A DNA stretch of 64,000 nt from the NCBI GenBank assembly GCA_040285825.1, contig JAUPSS010000003.1, forward strand, positions 1,860,001-1,924,000, written 5' to 3'. The position numbers and the translations under genes are program-made. A model generated the notes under the pieces. That model did no database searches, was not told the DNA's origin, and saw only the letters and a list, made by a program, of their open reading frames with translations. Source of the stretch: Eukaryota sp. TZLM1-RC. Its lineage: Eukaryota > Protista > Metamonada: BaSk clade. Positions 25,535 to 37,500 of the stretch are shown piece by piece (within the stretch, counting starts at the first letter, position 1; each line of letters begins with the position of its first letter).

Positions 25535-25840
25535 ATGGCCAAACACACTAAGAAGGTCGGTATTGTCGGTAAGTACGGTGTACGTTACGGTTCTTCCGTC
25601 CGTAAACAAATCAAGAAGGCCGAAATCACCCAGCACGCTAAGTACGTCTGCCCATTTTGTGGTAAGAACAGTGTTAAGCGTTCTTGTGTCGGTATTTGGT
25701 CATGTAATGGTTGCAAGAAGACCATGGCAGGAGGAGCTTATCAACTCAAGTATGTTTTTGATGTTACTTATCGAAGCACAACTGCTGCTGTTACTGCCCG
25801 ATCAACTGTCCGTCGTCTCCGCGAAACTGCTGCTCTCTAA
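25535..25840 (+). CDS. RPL37A: 60S ribosomal protein eL43 (L37a); in-frame 27-nt intron 25750-25776; 5'UTR intron 25500-25532
   Basis: [26 protein letters not shown]; splicing restores GGAYQLNTTAAVT; pyrimidine tract upstream. Confidence 0.97.
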   Translation: MAKHTKKVGIVGKYGVRYGSSVRKQIKKAEITQHAKYVCPFCGKNSVKRSCVGIWSCNGCKKTMAGGAYQLKYVFDVTYRSTTAAVTARSTVRRLRETAAL

Positions 25841-26867
25841 ATAGTCTTTTGCACAATCAATGCTTTTCAGTTCTAATTTCGTCACATCCTTCTTTTGTGA
25901 ATTACATCTCCATAGTTTAGCAATAAATAATGGCTCGGAAGTCGATTTCTTTGAAACTTAATTTATTATTAACCTAGATTTTGGGTTCTGCATGTAATCC
26001 CATTAATAATTTGGTCATTTGTTCTTACATGATGATGTGCATGTATTGCTCCATTACAAATGTGTTTTGATGAATGCAGAGTCAAAGCTATTATTGCATT
26101 TCAATTCGATTTAATGTTTTCAGTTTTGTTCGAGATTTTCTCGTTCATGTCTTCTCAATTATACAATTGTTGAGTGACTGTCATTAACAACCTCTTTCTT
26201 CCGACTTCACAAAATCAAAGTAGTTTTTGGACAACAGTTTTTAAACCTAAAAACGAATAATCTAAAATCAAGCTCATCCACATTTTGAACATCAGTATTA
26301 TTATACAAATTAACACGATCAGAAAGTGTTCGAGTGACTTCAGTAAGAACAACATCAAAGTCCTCCAACAACCATATGTACAGCATTATCTCAAGTACAA
26401 TGCAAAGCACAAAAGGGCAACCATGATCTACATGGTGTTTTTGATAAACAGGAGAAAATTTGGAGAAATAGGTGTATCATTTTGTGGGAATTAAGTACAA
26501 GGCACTCTGACCCTCTTTATACAGAGTGCATAGTTAGAACATGAAAACAGTGTTTACTCTATTGAAAAAATACAGTAAGATAAAGTATTTGAAATCCCTG
26601 TTGGACTCCCAGTTTAGCACATTGATCAATCTCAACAATTTTGCTTATCACAAACACTTTAGAGATACTTTCTAATGAACTGGTTAATTGAAAACTTGAC
26701 CGGAATGCTATATCGTCCTCTTCAATGAGGGACTTTTGTACCCATTTAACGATGTACTGCTCCTGTACATAGAAGATTCGTATGTTGTGGGAATTAAGTG
26801 TACTTTAACAGTTTCCTTGCATTTATTTATAAATAAAAGATTTTACCTAATAAACAGAGTTAAATAC

Positions 26868-27737
26868 CTAAACTTCAACTTCAACTTCTTCAGGAACATC
26901 CTTAGGATCAGCCAACTCCAAGTCCTTCTTGATGGGTTGAATAGGGCCTAGAGAGTAATAATAGACTAAAGCGACCAAACAACAACCTCCAACAACATTG
27001 CCGATTGTGGTTAAGATGATTTGAACAAAGATTTCCCAAAAACTAAAATCAGCATCTACAATCCACCCTAAAGGAACGCTAAACATATTGGCGATGCTAT
27101 GCTCAAATCCAACAAAGACAAACGTCATTGCGGGAAGCCAAATGGCAAAAGCCTTGGAGATCATATCACCAGCACCTACAGCGAACCAACTACCAGCACA
27201 AATGAGAAAGTTTGATCCAATACCACGGAAGAAGATCTCAACTGGACTAAGACCAACCTTGAACTCAGCTAGATCAGCGATGAATGCGGCAGTAGATGAA
27301 CCATCTGAAACAATACCGGTAAAACGAGCAAAGACGAAAATGGCAAAGATGGAACCAATGAAGTTACCAACCCAAACGACACCCCAGTTGTACAACACTT
27401 GCTTGATAGAAATCTTCTTAGAGAGGAATGGAACAAGAAGATAAAGGTTGTTGCCGGTGAATAACTCGGCACCGCAGCAGAAAATCAAAATGAGACCAAT
27501 TGGGAACAGAGCTGCGTATGTGAAGTAATGAGAAAAGTGCGACACGACAACTACAGAGCCATCTACAGCAGTTTCATATTGTCTAGAAGCACCAATGGCA
27601 GAGATGAGGCCTCCGGTGGACAGGAAAATTCCAGCAAGAAACGACAACAAAACTAGCTTACGAAGTGATGCTGTACCTTTCGAGACACCAAGGTCTTCAA
27701 CAGACTGGAGTATTTCCTGGGGTGATTTCAGTGCCAT
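26868..27737 (-). CDS. Formate/nitrite transporter (FNT family)
   Basis: LAG, FPIGL, GAELFTGN, WVGNFIG, GIGSNFLIC, GFEHSIANM, GNVVGG motifs. Confidence 0.95.
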   Translation of the reverse strand: MALKSPQEILQSVEDLGVSKGTASLRKLVLLSFLAGIFLSTGGLISAIGASRQYETAVDGSVVVVSHFSHYFTYAALFPIGLILIFCCGAELFTGNNLYLLVPFLSKKISIKQVLYNWGVVWVGNFIGSIFAIFVFARFTGIVSDGSSTAAFIADLAEFKVGLSPVEIFFRGIGSNFLICAGSWFAVGAGDMISKAFAIWLPAMTFVFVGFEHSIANMFSVPLGWIVDADFSFWEIFVQIILTTIGNVVGGCCLVALVYYYSLGPIQPIKKDLELADPKDVPEEVEVEV

Positions 27738-28395
27738 TAATTGATGATGAGAGAATGAAAATGTATATAATTTTCTTTTACAATCTTCGTTTGGTTGCCT
27801 TAAGTAAACCTGGTGGTGGGGTTAGACCTATAGCTGTTGGTGAATCATTAATGAGATTGTTAGCAATTATTTGTTTTGATAGAATTAAGTCATCCACAAT
27901 TAATATCTTTCGTCCTTATCAGCTCGCAATTGGAATTCCTGATGGTACAACCTGTGCAGCTTTGTGTACAGATTTTCTTTTAATTAAAAAGGCGAAAATT
28001 ATTTATTGAATATTGATTTCAAAAATACTTTCAACTCGATTTTTCGCTCAAGCATTTTGCAAGAACTTGAACTTCATTTCCCCCCTCTCATGCCATATTT
28101 TAAATTGATGTATGGATCGCCTTCTAACATGATTTTCCATTCTGAGGACATTTCTTCATCAAGAGGTGTCAAGCAGGGAGATTCTTTGGGTCCATTTTTC
28201 TTTTGTTTAGCGCTTCAATCAGTTTTAGTAAAATTTAAGATGCATTTTCCTGACATTCATTTATGTGCTTATGCAGATGATTTGTCACTTATTGGTCATT
28301 TGTTCCTTTTACAGCAAGGATTTCAACATTTTGATATTCTGTCCCAACAAATTGGGTTAGATATTAATTTGCCCAAATGTTTCGTGATTGGTTAT

Positions 28396-28560
28396 TGATG
28401 ATCTGCGGGTGTTATGACGGGACATGACCTTATATGAAAAGTAGAGTAATTTATTACAAGGGAATGAGGATTTCCCTTAACTTAAGCGCATGGGCGCAAT
28501 AATACTATAACTATCAATAAACTATAAATAAACTATTATAAATATTATCCAAGGCTAACA
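28396..28560 (-). repeat. 3' LTR
   Basis: TGTTAG...ATCATCA on the minus strand; differs from the 5' LTR by one substitution and an 11-nt duplication; left edge ambiguous by 3 nt (28393). Confidence 0.93.
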
Positions 28561-30496
28561 CTGCCCTTTCTTCTTTTCGAGCGTCGAGGCCTGATAGGAG
28601 TTGGATTAACATTATTGTTAATATTATCAGAACGACGTTTACGGCGTGAAGGACAAGAGCGAGTATTAGAAATAGACTTGGAGAATTCTTTATAGGCAGA
28701 GGTGTTTTGAACAGTCGAAACCAGCTCAGTGGTAATATGGTTGCCAGGCCATTGGACTTGACAGTAATCACCATCCTGACTGAGGACTTTCTGGATCACG
28801 TGCTCTTCTGCATCGCCAGCAGCAACCCAGGAGTGAAATTCATCTACTGGTAAACTGGAATGCCAAGGTTGGAGGTGCTTCACACTGGCTTTAACAACCA
28901 TACCAGTACACAGGTTCTTGATGTCAGCTGTGGAGGTAGAGGGTGTGTCAATAACTAAGAATGGTCCTTTGTAATTACCATGTAACTTAGCAGTGGAAGA
29001 CGAAGCTCGTTTGACCAATTGGCCAGGAGAGAAAGGGTTGGCTTCGATTTGGGAATCACGAGGAGGAGCCTTGGAAGCTTGACGGAGCTCTGATTCCTCC
29101 TGTTTCTTCCTCAATCTGACAAATTTGGATTGAATGTCGTTGATGTAGGTTGACTCAGACGTTGAGCTTTCGAGGGTCTCTATGATTTTGCTGGGGTCAG
29201 CTCTTGGGCTAAAATCTGAACCAAACATGAGCTCGTATGGAGAGTAACCTGTAATCGAACTCTTGGATGAGTTGATTAACAATTGTACATAGGGTATGTA
29301 CTCTGACCATGCATCGTAGGCGTTGAAATCTACGAGCAGCTTCCTCAAATTCTGCAAAATGTCGCGGTGACGGCGTTCGACTAAACCGTTGGACTGAGAG
29401 AAGTGAGGGACGGACTTTGAGACCTCTATGCCCAAAAACTCACATAGAGCGTCGAAGACAGCTTTTGAGAACTCAGGACCGTTGTCACTATGGACTATGA
29501 ACGGAATCCCGAAAATCGCACATACCTTCCATATCAGAGCGTCGGCGGTAAGGTTGGCGTTGAGTTCTTTGAGAGGGACTATGATAGTGAACCTCGTGAA
29601 GCTATCCACAAATACAAGAATGTATCTGTGGCCGTCATGATCTTCTGGAAGAGGACCAATGACGTCGACATTAACTCTTGCGAATGGTCTGTCACCCACA
29701 AGGAACCAGTTGTAGGGACATGCAGTTTGGGGACTGCTGCTCTCTTCTGACAGGAGGGGCATTCTTGGACGTGCTTGGTCATGTCTGAAAGCATGTTAGG
29801 CCACCAGTAGTCGCTGTTCTTGAGTCTGAGGAGACTTTCTGCTTTACTGGGGTGGCCACCTTGCGGGAGTCCATGTAGAAGGTTAAGCATATCCTTAACC
29901 AGTGATTGAGGAATCACGATCTTGTGCTCTGGAGTCAGATAAAGATCTAGACGACTATCCAAAGTACAGTTGTTAAACGAGGTGTCCTGGTTAGCGAGGG
30001 CTCGCTTTTGTTCGGACCTGATATTGCAGAGCCATGGCTCGAAGAGTGGAAGGTCATTGGAGCATTTATCTTGAAGGATAAGCACCTTCTCGAATGTATG
30101 GAGATCTTCAACGAAGCATCTCTCTGACTCAGTTTCATCAATCCTGTGTGTGTAGTAGATAGGGTGAAACTCTTGGTCGTTGGAATGGACCAGATGGTTG
30201 ATGGTATGGTTGTCTTGGGGCGGTACTATCTTAGATAGCATGTCTGCCCAATGGTTCTCTTCCCCTTTTGTATGAACGATGTCGAATAGGAACTCAGAAT
30301 AGATGGGAAGCCACCTTCTGACTATTCTGTTTTTGTTCGGAGCGGTAAGCATGTAAGTAAGGTTTTGGTGATCTGTGAAAATAATCAGACGCCTTCCTTT
30401 GAGGTAGTTCTCGAAGCCACTTTCGGTAAGCATGAGAAGGATAGCATAAAGCTCTTTCTGCACCGTGGGCCAGTTCTGCTGGGAGTTAGTCAACAA

Positions 30497-32567
30497 CAGC
30501 AATGTGTATTATCGATATCTTTTATTTATCTTATCGTGGGACACTTCCGATAAATATATTGTTAACAAAATATCGTATCTTATTTATCGACATATCGAGC
30601 CTCAAGACGATAAATATATCGTCGATAATCAAGTGGATAAGTCACAATTTTGTGCTTAAAAACAGTAGCGTTTATTCTTTTAGCTTAAAATTCCATATTA
30701 TCATCGCCTAAACCTTCATCGTCTTCGCTATCAACTCCAACATCCTCCAATTCTTTCCCCGACATTAAGCGGCGAACTGTTTCATAATCCCAGAACTACC
30801 TGTTATATAATAGGAAAAGTTGCTTTTCAAGAGATGCAGGGGTCATGTTTGGTCGTGTCGTAACAGATGTCCTTTTAGCAGCACTAAAAAGCCTTTCGAC
30901 TTCACAACTTGTTGCAGAAATCCAGTCAAGATCGATATACTTGGATTCTTTGTTCTTTTTCGCTTGCTGGCACATTTCCATTCCTTTATCAATGTCTAGG
31001 TCACCGTTGCCGATATCAGCGATCTGCTCCTTTTCAAAACACTCTATTGCCTTTCCTTCTCTTTCATTGAGTGACTGTTCATCTTTGTTTTGTACCTTCA
31101 CTATGGCTGCCTCAAAGTCTGGGTGTGCTGCATTGTTTGTCGGGTATTTAGTCCAGACAGTCAAGTGAGGGAAATCGTTGTGAAATACCTCAAAAGCATC
31201 ATTAGCAAGAGCAAGAGTCAGTTTTGTGCCTTGAAGATAGTTAGTGATCCTTTTGTTTTTAGTCAAATGATCATAAAGTTGACGCAGGGCCCGTTCTTGT
31301 GATGCGTTTGGGAGAAGGTCATCAAAAGAACTGCCAAAAAGCTGAAAAATTCCTGCTTCTTTATACTGGAAGAATCTTTTCAACGTATCAGCTGCAGACA
31401 ACCATCTAGTTACATTTCTTTTGGTTGGTCTTCGGGTTGTTTTAGTCCTTAAAACCATTGACCTTTTTACCCGACGCAACATTGTAAACATTTTGTCAAT
31501 AGCTTTCAGTTCATTAACGAGGCTAGATTGAAGCGTCTTCAGCTCCAAGGCCAATCTGTGAGAGGCACATCCAATGGTAGGAACCCCTAAAAGTTCACCC
31601 AGTTTTGCATTTGTAGGACAGTTATCGCTTACAACAAAGAACAAATTTTGTCGGGTCTTGTTGTAAGCGGCAAGAATGCCGTCAATAATATCAAAATACT
31701 GTTCAGCACCCAGAAGGGTCGTGGCATCGTCAAAAGGTTGTTGGTCAGTCACTTCAAGTTCAGTTTCAAAGGGAGTAAGTGCAAGAAGGATAGGTTTTCG
31801 AGACCTAGACCAACAGCAAAGATTCCTACATATTCATAACTCTGAGAACGTTCAAACCAACCATCTACGATGATACCAATTTTCGGCGGTAAAGTCCGGG
31901 ACACTTCTTCTACTACCTTAGTGTACAGTAGCTTGAAGTACTTCATAAGAGTTGAACGGCACACTGGTTTAAAGTTGAGATAAGTCAACAAGATTTTGTC
32001 TTCAACAAAGGTAAAAGGTCTTTGTCCAGAGATGAGTAAGTCTAAAGTTGCGAAGACCCTATTAATGTACGGGACTGGAGGAGAGTGTTCAACAAAAGCT
32101 TCAATGGGGCCAGTCTTTTCTTCAATCGTCAAAAGACATCCGTCTACGGGAAAGTGGCGTGTTTTGATGTGAGAGCAGAGGTTTGTCCATCCAGCAGTTT
32201 TGGACACCCAGATATAAGTGGCTTCTGGACACTTCTCACACTTCCAAGCAACATGAGTTCGCAAGTAACTCTCTTTTGGTGGTACGGGGACAGGATCAGC
32301 CTGCTGAAAATAGTGTCGTGCCACCTTTTGATAGCCGATGGACTTCATTAAAGCCTTTTTTAGACAAGTCATTTGGATTAAACAATTGTGGGTGATGCAA
32401 AACAATTTCAAGTTAATGAGGAAATTATTTATTGTTATTTATCGCAATATATCGGATATCGTTGTACGCCGTCGATAAATATATCGTTCACTTTGAGGGC
32501 ATCGATAAGATAACGATAACTAAATATATCTTTATCGCACGTTAAGATGTATCGATACACATTGCTG
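30497..32567 (-). mobile_element. hAT DNA transposon (2071 bp), 13-bp TIRs, 8-bp TSD
   Basis: TIR CAGCAATGTGTAT/ATACACATTGCTG; TSD GTCAACAA at 30489-30496 and 32568-32575; TATCG/CGATA-rich subtermini. Confidence 0.96.
30796..32411 (-). CDS. hAT transposase, split by one frameshift near 31797
   Basis: BED finger CEKC..NLCSHIKTRH, VDGW, SDNCPTN, CASH, TRW, ATSCEVERLFS. Confidence 0.9.
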
Positions 32568-34524
32568 GTCAACAATCTGCTGAAGAAGCTGATTGGTCTA
32601 CATCTCCTATTGAGTAAGAAAGTACCAGGGTCCTTAGTGGGTTCTATTTGTTCCCAAATCACGCCGCCAACTGCTATATCAGAGGCATCGCAACTAATCA
32701 GTACTTGGTTATCCACCGGAGGTAAGTTTAGAGGCATATGCTCCGCGATCAGGCATTTGATTTCGGCTAAATGGTAGTCGTGAGTGTCTTTCCACTGCAG
32801 GCGACGTGGTTTGCCGTGTGTTAATTTGATGATCGGGGCAACATGCTTGGTTACCTGGGGAAGCCATTCCCTAATGAAGTTGACTGAGCCGATAAGGCTA
32901 CGGGCGTCTTTCACAGTCTTAGGTCTGGGAAGATTCAGTAAAGACTCTGTGCGTGTAGGATCAATGGTCCTGGTTTTGTGTTGGAATCTGCTACCAAGGA
33001 TCTTTATTGGGTGTCTAGAGGACACAAAATGGCACTTGGGCAGTCCAAGGCTAACTCTAAGGGTTCGAGCTTTCTCGAGGACACGTCTTAGACGTCCGAG
33101 GAACTCGTTGAAGGTTCTACCTACTATAATGATGTCATCTATATAGATGAATACACCGTCTCCGGAGAAGATGTTTGCCATAACGTTCTGGAAAACTACA
33201 GGAACGTTCTTGAGGCCGAAAGCAGTACGTTTAAACATGATACTTTTGCCAGGGATGCTTAAGGCAGTCTTCTCCCAGTCCTTTTCTGCAATCTTTAGTT
33301 GCCAAAAGGCTTTGGGGAGGTCAAGGGTACCGATGAAATTGGCTTCCGAAAGGAAGAGTAGCACATCGGATATTCTGGGGAGATTAGGTTCAATGGGAAT
33401 AGTGTTGGCGTTGACTCCGTCCTTGCCGCTGTAATCACCAGTAAGGCGAGGCTTACGATGATCAGGGTATACCACAAGACATACTGGAGAGCTGAACTCA
33501 TTGTTCGATGGTACAGCGAATCCAGACTCGACGAGTTCATCGAAGATCTGTTCGGCGACTTTCTGCTTCGCGGGGTTTAACCTACGAGGGGGTCGTCTGA
33601 CTCGAATACTTTCATCATGAAAGTTGATCTCCATTGGAGGACAGTCAATCCCATCAGCATGCGGCTTAAGGGTGAATGTCTCTTCGAACTCTTTCAAGGT
33701 TAGAAGTAAGGTCTTCTTGTCGTTATCACAGTCGAGGTTAATAGTACAACCAGAAGACTGTATGTGCTCCAACCAACGTCTGGGGACGTTGACGGCATCT
33801 GAGACTTGGGAGATTCGATGGTCGAATTCAGCCTCAGGCAGAAGTAATGTACGATGTTCCTCATCCATCTTGATGAAGAGGCCTTCATCGTTCAATAAGC
33901 CTAGGTGATGCAAGAGGTCTCTTCCAATTAGTAACATATTGTTGCCAGGAATGATGGCCAAGCTATGTTTCACATGAACTAATTGGGTTACACTACCGAG
34001 TCTCAAGCTCAGTGTGCCTCTGCTGATCCTAATGACTTCGACATGATGTTGTTTGCAGACTTGAAGTTTATGCAATGGTTAGTCTTTACCATGTTGCATC
34101 TCTCTGCTAAATCAACAGTGATGACTGATATCGAAGCTCCAGAGTCGATGATCCCTTCTATTTCGCAGTTATTTATTGAAAATTTCAATTTTAAATTTTT
34201 GCGTGCGACATCTGAGGTGCGAACCATGAAGATATCGCTGTGGGACTCTGAGTCTGGGTTCGAGTCGAACTCATGATTGAAACAGGGTTTATTTGGTGTT
34301 TCTATCGTTGTAGCTGTTTTAAAATTCCGGGTAGTCAAAGGATTAGTTAAACACTTAATCCACTGGTTGGAGACTGAGGTTTGTTTTATGTTTGGTGTTT
34401 TATGTGCTGGAGAGCTGTCTTGCTCTATAGTAAACAAGGAACATTTGTTTGAACGTTGCTTTGGTGTATTACCTGTTGGAGAGCTATCTTGCTCTATAGT
34501 AAACACTGAATATTTATGGGAACG

Positions 34525-37500
34525 TTAATTACTACTAGAAGGGCCCTTGCCTCTTCCTCTACGTCTACCTCTGCCTCTACTACTACTACTACTACCCCTA
34601 GCCAAATATGCTCGAACAGCATCTGGGTTGGCATCTCGCCATTGCTTGGATCGCTGGCAATCAGGGTCGGGACATTCGTTATTAGAGTGGCCTGGAATAC
34701 CACAGAATCTACAGAGACCAGCTTTATCTCTTTCTTTCTTAATTTGCGACTTGCTCCTTTTGGTAAGTTGAGCAGGGGCGACGCTGGAACCCGCAGACTT
34801 AAATTTGCCTATTCTTTTCTTGTCCTTTGAGTTTGCTCTAACATAGTGACCCATATGTTGTTGATAGCTGTCACTGATGTTGGCCCTTTGCTCGTCATAG
34901 GATCTTGCTGAACACCAACTCATGTATTCAGCAGCAAGGATGTCGACAAATTGTTGTAAAGTATGGTGTTGCCAAACATTGGGTGTGGACCATACTGTTC
35001 TCAGGTTGTCACTGATGGCCTGAATACCAACAGAATCGATCATATGGGTTGCAATTTCCCAGTTTTGAATGCGCTGTAGAAAATGTTGACCATACAAGGC
35101 ACGGTCGCTTGCCCTGACGTCAGAAATGGCAGTACTTCGTGAAACTGTTCTCATTAGCCTCACTGTGAAGTCGCCCCAGCGATTCCTAAAGTCCTGAATA
35201 TTCCAATTCATCTGGACTCTATATAACTGATTCCTCGCCGTTTCTAATGTACTATACTGGCTGAGGTGTAAAATTGATTCCCATATTTGCTCCTTATTAA
35301 TGTTGTCGATAGCTGAGATACTATCAGACATAGACGAAAACCTGCCTTGAGCTCTAAGAGCGGCCAAGCACTCTGGAGTAACACAGGAGGCAATTCTACG
35401 AGGGTCGACTTGAGCAGCAGCTCTGAATCGGTCCCACTCGTGGAGTGGGTTACCATATCTCTGATCGAGAGGGAGGTTCCGGTTTTCTCTGCTAATGGAT
35501 TGAGGAGTGGCAGGAGGACGAGAACGTTCCTCAAGTTGCCTTCTTAGTTCAGACACTTCTCTTGCTAGTCTGACTTGAATAGGATCAGATTCATTGATAT
35601 CTCTCTCTTCAATGGTCCTCTCAGTCCTAGCATACAGAATAAATCTGTCGATGAATTTCAAGATCCTTACTGGGTCAGAGATATCGTTGGCTTCCAGGGT
35701 GGGTTTTCTAGGACGACCACCTCTTTGTCTATCTCTATCTCTATCTTGTGAACTCGCCATAGCTTCCATCAGTAGAGTGTTGGAATACTGGGAAGCTATG
35801 GGAGTGTTAGAAGGAGTTGCTCCTAGGAGCCTAGGGTCCTGAGGAACCTGGGACGGAGTTGATGGATCCTGAGATTGGGCAATTACAGGTTGTTGCACTG
35901 ACTCAACAGTGTCAGTAGTTGCCATTGGCTCATCTTGTTGTTGGTCATCTTGAGGCTCAATGCTCAAAGATGAGAAAACTGTGTCTGTCTCAACTGGGTC
36001 AGGCTCAGAAGTTCTCAATTCTACTGGGTCATAATCGCTCGGATAGTAACTTTGCGCATTACCATCGATATTGACCCACAGAAGAGAACTAGAATTGGTG
36101 ACACCAATGTTCTCCTGTACATTCATCAAGGCGTCCCTTAGTGGCCTATTCCTTCTATGCTCCGGACCAAAATATGACGCGCAATGGTCTGTTCTGCGGT
36201 CTTGAAGGTACAATCTTTGGTAGTTTGTAGTGTAAGTGTACCACCATCCAGTCCTGAAGTCTCTATTGATGTAAATATCAAGAGAGGCATTGTATCCAGG
36301 GCTAAACCTGGGGAAAGGACATGGGTTAAATCGGTTGAGGAAGAGATTCAGCTCATCACCAGCGAAGATCCTCTGTACACCTTCACGAGGAGTTCTGAAC
36401 CCTCCAACAGTCTCCCGTTGAGGATAGTTTGGAGGAGGGTCACAACGAACCGTGAGATTGTCTACTTCCTCTGTTGGGAAGTAGGGACCTATTCTTCTGC
36501 GGATCCTAAAGCCGTGATCATTAACCACTTCTGGACCCCAAAATGGGGGTAAAGCAGCAATGAGTTCATTGGGAGGAATCGATGCAGGATCTCCTAGCAT
36601 TAACTCAATACCAGCATTGAGAACTAAAGTTTGAGCTTCAGTCCTCTGCTGAGTAGAGATGAAAGGAGAATCTGATTCCTGGGGCTGGCTTGGGGCTTGA
36701 TAGGTGTTAGGCTGTGCAGCGCTAAGCACCTGCCAAGCAGCAGGAACAGAAGAAACAACGTGACCTTGCTGAGGAGTCTGGCCAGAGGTTGGGGGAATAT
36801 GAATTATCCCTCTAGTAGGAACTCCCGAAGGAGGAACAGATGGAGTTGAATGGACTTCTGTAGGAGCTACCGTAGTAGGAGCAGAAGTATTAGGAGGACC
36901 TGCTACAGGAACTTCTCGAAAAGAAGTAGTAGGATTAGAGTTACCAGCAGGGACTGCAGGAGGAGCTGGTTGTTGCGGAGGACTGCTTTCCATAGGAACT
37001 TCCATAGAAGGAATGGAAGGAGCTTGTTGTCCTTCCCCAGGAGCTTCCCTAGAAGAAGTGGAAGGAGCAACAGGAGCGCAAACAATAGGTGGAAAGGGAG
37101 GCTCTACCCTCTTGAGCTTTAACAGCTCAGATATCTTGTTGCTAGCCGAGTCAGGGTCAGTCTGGTTGATGATATACTTCAGATATTCATCTAAAGTACA
37201 GAACTGTTCAGGACCTAAAAGGGAATCTTCAACCTCTCCTTCAGAACCAGGGGGAGGAGAAAGAGGTACAAAGTTTTCCACATTAGCGGGAGGAACAGGA
37301 AGACTGATAGGAACCACAGGAACGTCATCCGTAGATGGAGTGGAACCTTGACCCGAGGGTTGAGAGGAAGTATCACTTCTCTCGCCACCAGTGGGTTGTT
37401 CTGTTCCCAACAGAGGAGTTTGGGAGGAAGAACTTGAAACATTGGGTTGTGTAACAGAATCTCCGGAAGGAGGAATTAACACAGGAGGAGGAGAAGCATT

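Larger units (their letters stand above)
28545..34524 (-). pseudogene. pol: pol (PR-RT-RH-IN-chromo-like), interrupted by hAT and by 1-nt frameshifts near 34018 and 29696
   Basis: IIDSGAS..IGRD, LDLPKAF, YIDD, SRLLT|NSQQNW across the hAT, HSDNGPEF, NGLVER, YKGPF. Confidence 0.92.

Noticed and set aside
26483-26799. 14-bp direct repeat TGTGGGAATTAAGT as the TSD of a small element
   Set aside because: No TIR, tail or second copy of the enclosed sequence in the window
34525-34527. Alternative genetic code (TAA/TAG = Gln) to explain in-frame stops
   Set aside because: Conserved host genes end correctly at TAA (eL43, TAF9) and TAG (Rab32, eL6); other TE stops align with AAA, not Gln codons
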